NCBI GenBank assembly: GCA_032111105.1
Contig: JAULVH010000212.1
Span: forward strand, 2,341-35,384
Direction: 5' to 3'
DNA: 33,044 bases
DNA from: Burkholderiaceae bacterium
GTDB taxonomy: Bacteria > Pseudomonadota > Gammaproteobacteria > Burkholderiales > Burkholderiaceae_D
Each line of letters begins with the position of its first letter. Within the stretch, counting starts at the first letter, position 1. Made by a program: the position numbers and the translations under genes. The notes beneath the pieces are model-generated. The model was not told where the DNA came from, did not search any database, and saw only the letters and a program-made list of their open reading frames with translations. Shown here in pieces: positions 28,773 through 33,044 of the stretch.

Positions 28773-28801
28773 AAAACGCCTCCCTAGTGGGGCGTTTTTT
28801 T
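28773..28801 (+). terminator. Intrinsic terminator after amtB
   Basis: AAAACGCC-tccctagtgg-GGCGTTTT followed by more Ts. Confidence 0.85.
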
Positions 28802-28964
28802 ATGTGTAAATACGGCGGGAAGTGGTCGCGCGTTTGGATAAAGCGAGGAAAATCCTTTTGTAGCCACCAGACCTTGCGTTGCCCGGGATAAGGGCGGTGG
28901 CGGCAGATGTCCGTTAGAATCTGCCCCTTGGCTTGCGCCTCATTGATACTCTGGAAGGTTTTGC

Positions 28965-30199
28965 ATGGTTCCTCACCTTGTTACGGCTCTCAATGGCCCG
29001 TTACTCGAGCTCGAAAAAAAGATTCTGGCTGCCACCCCCGCGATAGAGCGTTGGTTCAGGCTCGAATGGCAAGAGCACACCCCACCTTTTTATTGTTCGG
29101 TGGACTTGCGCAATTCAGGTTTTAAGCTGGCGCCCGTGGACACCAATCTTTTTCCGGGCGGCTTTAACAATCTCGCTCCTGAAATGTGTTGTTGATACCC
29201 GAGCGGCATACACGCAATACCTTCTATCTGCAAAACGTCGCACGATTAATGCAGATATTTCGCCAGACCGGATTAAATGTGCGCTTAGGTAGTTTGTCTG
29301 ATGAAGTTAAAGAACCCGTCGATATCGAACTCCCGGATGGCAACACCCTGACATTGGAGCCCTTAGAGCGGTCAAGTAATGGCCGTCGACTAGGACTTAA
29401 AAATTTCGACCCGTGCACTATTTTGCTCAACAATGATCTTTCTGCGGGCATACCCGGCATACTCGAAGATCTGCAAGAGCAAACGTTATTGCCGCCACTG
29501 CACGCGGGTTGGGCAGTCAGACGCAAGACGAATCACTTTGCGGCCTACGATGAGATCGTTAAAAAGTTTGCCAAGCTGATCGATGTTGATCAGTGGATGT
29601 TGAATCCATATTTTGCTAAATGCTCAGGTATTAATTTTCAAGAGCGCGAAGGCGAGGAGACTTTGGCGACGAATGTCGATGCGGTACTGACGAAGATACG
29701 TAAAAAATACAAAGAATACGGTATCAAAGAAACCCCGTTCGTTATCGTCAAAGCCGATGCCGGTACCTATGGCATGGGCATTATGACCGTTCGGGATGCC
29801 AGCGAAGTGCGCGATTTAAATCGTAAGCAGCGCAATAAAATGTCGGTAGTCAAAGAAGGTCTAGAGGTGTCCGATGTGATTGTGCAAGAAGGTGTGCACA
29901 CCTTTGAACATATCAACGATGCCGTCGCTGAGCCCGTGGTCTACATGGTCGATCGTTATGTTGTGGGTGGTTTTTATCGCGTCCATGCTGAGCGTGGCAT
30001 TGATGAAAATCTCAATGCGCCGGGTGCTCACTTTGTGCCACTCGCCTTTGCGCAGCAACATGCGTTACCGGATTTAGCGGCTAAGCCAGGCACTGCGGCA
30101 CCCAATCGGTTTTATATGTACGGCGTAGTTGCTCGCCTTGCGTTATTGGCAGCCTCGCTCGAGTTGGAAAAAACCGATCCCAATCCTGAAGTGTATTAA
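28965..30199 (+). pseudogene. gshA: Glutamate--cysteine ligase (betaproteobacterial/Acidithiobacillus-type GshA) split by a frameshifting deletion at 29186/29187
   Basis: ORF 28965-29195 carries the N-terminus (PPFYCSVDLRNSGFKLAPVDTNLFPGGFNNL). ORF 29186-30199, in another frame, carries LLIPERHTRN...KADAGTYGMG...ENLNAPG. The junction reads GAA ATG|TG TTG TTG ATA CCC. Confidence 0.85.
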
Positions 30200-30205
30200 T
30201 ACCTA

Positions 30206-31144
30206 ATGAAAATTGCCTTCGTCACAGATCCGCTAGAGAGCTTCAAGATAGTCAAGGATTCCACCTACGCGATGATGATCGAGGCGGCAGGTCGCGGTCA
30301 TGAGCTCTTTGTATTTGGTCATGGTGATCTGCTATTTGATGGACACGAAGTCAAAGCCGGTGTGTCGCACATTACCCTGACCGGACAGGCAGATGATTGG
30401 TATCAGCAGCAAGCGCCGGTGCTGAGATCACTGAGTGAATTCGATGCCGTGGTTGAGCGCACCGATCCGCCTTTCGATATGGAGTACATCTACGCCACCT
30501 ACATGCTTGAGCATGCCGAGACGCATGGCGCGCGCGTGTTTAATCGTCCGGGTGCCATACGCAGTCACAACGAAAAATTTGCTATCACGGGCTTTACGCA
30601 ATTCATTGCGCCTACCCTGGTAACGAGCGACATGTTGCGCATACGCTCGTTTCACGAGCAGCACAAAGATGTCATTCTTAAGCCCTTGGATGGCATGGGC
30701 GGCGCGGGCATATTTCGCATAGGTGCCGACGGATTAAATTTGGGTTCGGCGATAGAAATGCTGACACATCACGGTAAGCGAACCATCATGGTTCAGCGCT
30801 ACATACCCGAGATAACGCAAGGTGATCGTCGCGTCTTGCTAATCGCTGGAAAAGTCGTGCCGTATTGTTTGGCGCGTGTTCCGCAGGCAGGTGAGGTGCG
30901 AGGTAATTTAGCCGCCGGAGGTTTGGGAGTGGCCATGCCCATCTCCGACAGAGAGCGAGAAATTGCCGAGACCCTGGGTCCACAATTGTTCGAACGCGGC
31001 TTGTTACTGGTAGGATTGGATGTGATTGGTAATTACCTTACTGAAGTCAATGTAACTAGTCCGACGTGTTTTCAGGAAATTACACAGCAGACAGGCTTTA
31101 ATGTGGCCGCAATGTTTATTGATGAACTAGAACGGGCTGTGTGA
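30206..31144 (+). CDS. gshB: Glutathione synthetase
   Basis: KDSTYAMM, RTDPPFDMEYIY, LKPLDGMGG, RGNLAAGG, TEVNVTSPT. Confidence 0.96.
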   Translation: MKIAFVTDPLESFKIVKDSTYAMMIEAAGRGHELFVFGHGDLLFDGHEVKAGVSHITLTGQADDWYQQQAPVLRSLSEFDAVVERTDPPFDMEYIYATYMLEHAETHGARVFNRPGAIRSHNEKFAITGFTQFIAPTLVTSDMLRIRSFHEQHKDVILKPLDGMGGAGIFRIGADGLNLGSAIEMLTHHGKRTIMVQRYIPEITQGDRRVLLIAGKVVPYCLARVPQAGEVRGNLAAGGLGVAMPISDREREIAETLGPQLFERGLLLVGLDVIGNYLTEVNVTSPTCFQEITQQTGFNVAAMFIDELERAV

Positions 31145-31190
31145 TTTGCCCGATTGATACCCGCCATTTCTGACAGGCCCTACAAACTTC

Positions 31191-31583
31191 ATGGTTGGCA
31201 TACTACTTATTACACATGCCCCGCTAGGTCGCGCTTTCATTGAAGCGGTGACGCACGTTTACAAAGATGCTCCCGAACGCTTAGAGGCGCTGGATGTTGT
31301 CGCGGATCAGGAGCCTAGCGAAGTCTTGCGATTAGCTAGTGACGCCATAGCGCGCATCAATGATGGCTCGGGCGTATTGGTACTAACCGATGTGATTGGT
31401 GCGACGCCAGCTAACTGCACTCAATCGCTTTGTGTGCCGGGTGAGATAGAAGTGATTGCCGGGGTGAGTATGCCTATGCTGTTGCGCGCAATTAGCTACC
31501 GCAACAATACACTCGAAACACTGACGGAACTAGCACTCACCGGCGGACAAAAAGGCGTTTGCCGCGTAGCGGGCAAAACCTGA
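31191..31583 (+). CDS. PTS EIIA component, mannose/fructose family
   Basis: GILLITHAPLG (phospho-His), LTDVIGATPAN, AGVSMPMLL. Confidence 0.9.
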   Translation: MVGILLITHAPLGRAFIEAVTHVYKDAPERLEALDVVADQEPSEVLRLASDAIARINDGSGVLVLTDVIGATPANCTQSLCVPGEIEVIAGVSMPMLLRAISYRNNTLETLTELALTGGQKGVCRVAGKT

Positions 31584-31624
31584 TGCCGTCACATGATTTA
31601 GTAACCCTCACTAAAATTTAAAAA

Positions 31625-31894
31625 ATGATTAGTCGCGATATCGAAATCATTAATAAGCTGGGTCTCCATGCACGCGCTTCGGCTAAGCTGACTCAATTGG
31701 CAGCAAAGTTTCAATGCGAAGTCTGGATGACGCGCGAGCGCAAGCGTGTCAATGCAAAATCTATTATGGGTGTAATGATGTTGGCTGCAGGTAAAGGCAC
31801 AACTGTGACTCTGGAGACAGAAGGCAGCGACGAGGAAGCTGCAATGACTGCGATTGCGCAGCTAATCGAAGCGCGATTTGGCGAAAGCGAATAG
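31625..31894 (+). CDS. ptsH: Phosphocarrier protein HPr
   Basis: NKLGLHARAS (His15), VNAKSIMGVMML (Ser46). Confidence 0.95.
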   Translation: MISRDIEIINKLGLHARASAKLTQLAAKFQCEVWMTRERKRVNAKSIMGVMMLAAGKGTTVTLETEGSDEEAAMTAIAQLIEARFGESE

Positions 31895-31915
31895 CGTCAC
31901 CTGGAATAATTACGT

Positions 31916-33044
31916 ATGGCGTCATTTACTCTTCATGGTATTCCCGTATCGCGCGGGATCGCGATAGGCCAGGCCCATTTATTGCGGCCTGCGGCTCGTG
32001 ACGTCAAACATTATTTAATTTCAGAAGAAAAAGTCGAAGCCGAAGTTGTGCGCTTGACCGATGCCATTGCTGCAGTCAATCGTGAATTGCAAGCCGTACG
32101 GCGCGATCTTCCTGCAGATGCACCCTCAGAGCTTGCTGCATTTATCGATGTGCATGCATTGATCCTGGCCGATCCAATTGTAGCGACTGAGCCATTGAAG
32201 ATTATTCGTAATCGCCATTACAACGCTGAATGGGCCTGGCTTACGCAAATTGATGAGCTCTCCGCGCAATTTGATGAAATTGAAGATGCCTACCTGCGCG
32301 AGCGCAAAAACGATATTCGTCAGGTCGGCGAGCGCGTACTGAAATTTTTAACCGGCACCGCATCGCCGTTCTCTGCCAGCTCCGATCCGCAAGAAGAATT
32401 ACCGCAGATGATCGTTGTAGCTCACGATATATCGCCAGCAGATATGCTGCAGTTTCGTGATCGTGCCTTCGTAGGTTTTGTCACTGATCTGGGTGGTCAA
32501 AATTCTCACACCGCGATTGTGGCGCGCAGTTTAGATATTCCTGCCGTCGTGGGTATGTCAACTGCAACGTCACTTATTAGTCAAGATGATTGGGTCATCA
32601 TCGATGGTGATGCCGGCATCGTGATTGTTGATCCTGCGCCGGTCGTGCTTGAACAGTATCGCGAAATTCAGAGCCAACTGTTACGAGAGCGTAAGAAGCT
32701 CGGTAAGTTAAAGAAAACCCCGGCAGTTACCAAAGACGGCACACGCATACATTTGCTAGCCAATATCGAACTACCCGAAGATTGTGGTCCAGCCATCGAA
32801 GCTGGAGCCGTCGGTGTGGGATTGTTTCGCTCCGAATTTTTATTTATGGGTCGTGCGGGTGGCGCGCATCGATTGCCATCGGAAGATGAACAATTTGAAT
32901 CCTATCGCAAGGCCGTAGTGGCCATGAAGGGCTGGCCCGTCACCATACGCACCTTGGATGTGGGCGCTGATAAGCCGCTCGACAAAGATGAAGAAACTGC
33001 GCTCAATCCTGCACTAGGCTTGCGCGCCATTCGGTATTGCCTGG
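31916..33044 (+). CDS. ptsI: PEP-protein phosphotransferase Enzyme I (3' end runs off the window)
   Basis: Not in the ORF track. Hand translation: MASFTLHGIPVSRGIAIG...YLRERKNDI...GGQNSHTAIVARS (phospho-His)...GVGLFRSEFL...IRTLDVGADK...NPALGLRAIR. Confidence 0.95.
   Translation, partial: MASFTLHGIPVSRGIAIGQAHLLRPAARDVKHYLISEEKVEAEVVRLTDAIAAVNRELQAVRRDLPADAPSELAAFIDVHALILADPIVATEPLKIIRNRHYNAEWAWLTQIDELSAQFDEIEDAYLRERKNDIRQVGERVLKFLTGTASPFSASSDPQEELPQMIVVAHDISPADMLQFRDRAFVGFVTDLGGQNSHTAIVARSLDIPAVVGMSTATSLISQDDWVIIDGDAGIVIVDPAPVVLEQYREIQSQLLRERKKLGKLKKTPAVTKDGTRIHLLANIELPEDCGPAIEAGAVGVGLFRSEFLFMGRAGGAHRLPSEDEQFESYRKAVVAMKGWPVTIRTLDVGADKPLDKDEETALNPALGLRAIRYCL

Noticed and set aside
31191-33044. 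PTS EIIA, HPr and EI without a permease as a possible new sugar system
   Set aside because: This incomplete regulatory PTS after gshA-gshB is a known betaproteobacterial arrangement.

Overview
A roughly 50% GC chromosomal window from a betaproteobacterium (Burkholderiales; gene content and order look Oxalobacteraceae-like), made almost entirely of housekeeping genes. No integrase, transposase, phage gene, rRNA, tRNA or CRISPR array is visible. Left to right: the 5' part of a core cobalamin-independent methionine synthase (MesD-like), a PLP aminotransferase, topB with a histone-H1-like tail, smg, dprA, a LysM/TsaP-like protein, def, fmt, a long-loop SAM-II riboswitch plus terminator ahead of metH, a minus-strand block (yafJ-like, trmB-like, DUF3567, a CxCC mini-protein, ntrX/ntrY-like pair, DUF4390, rsmB, alpha/beta hydrolase, DUF1840, MFS, lipoprotein, comM, ubiK), a sigma54/NtrC-type torF-glnK-amtB operon, a broken gshA, gshB, and PTS EIIA/HPr/EI. 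I found no clearly new multi-gene system. The best leads are a frameshifting internal deletion in gshA, the terminator-coupled SAM-II riboswitch, MesD without an upstream MesX partner, a probable ~11 kb inversion with both ends at stop codons, three leaderless-mRNA candidates (fmt, smg, lipoprotein), a near-perfect internal promoter for ntrX, and a sigma32-like promoter for DUF3567. All family assignments come from motif recognition by eye, not database searches.
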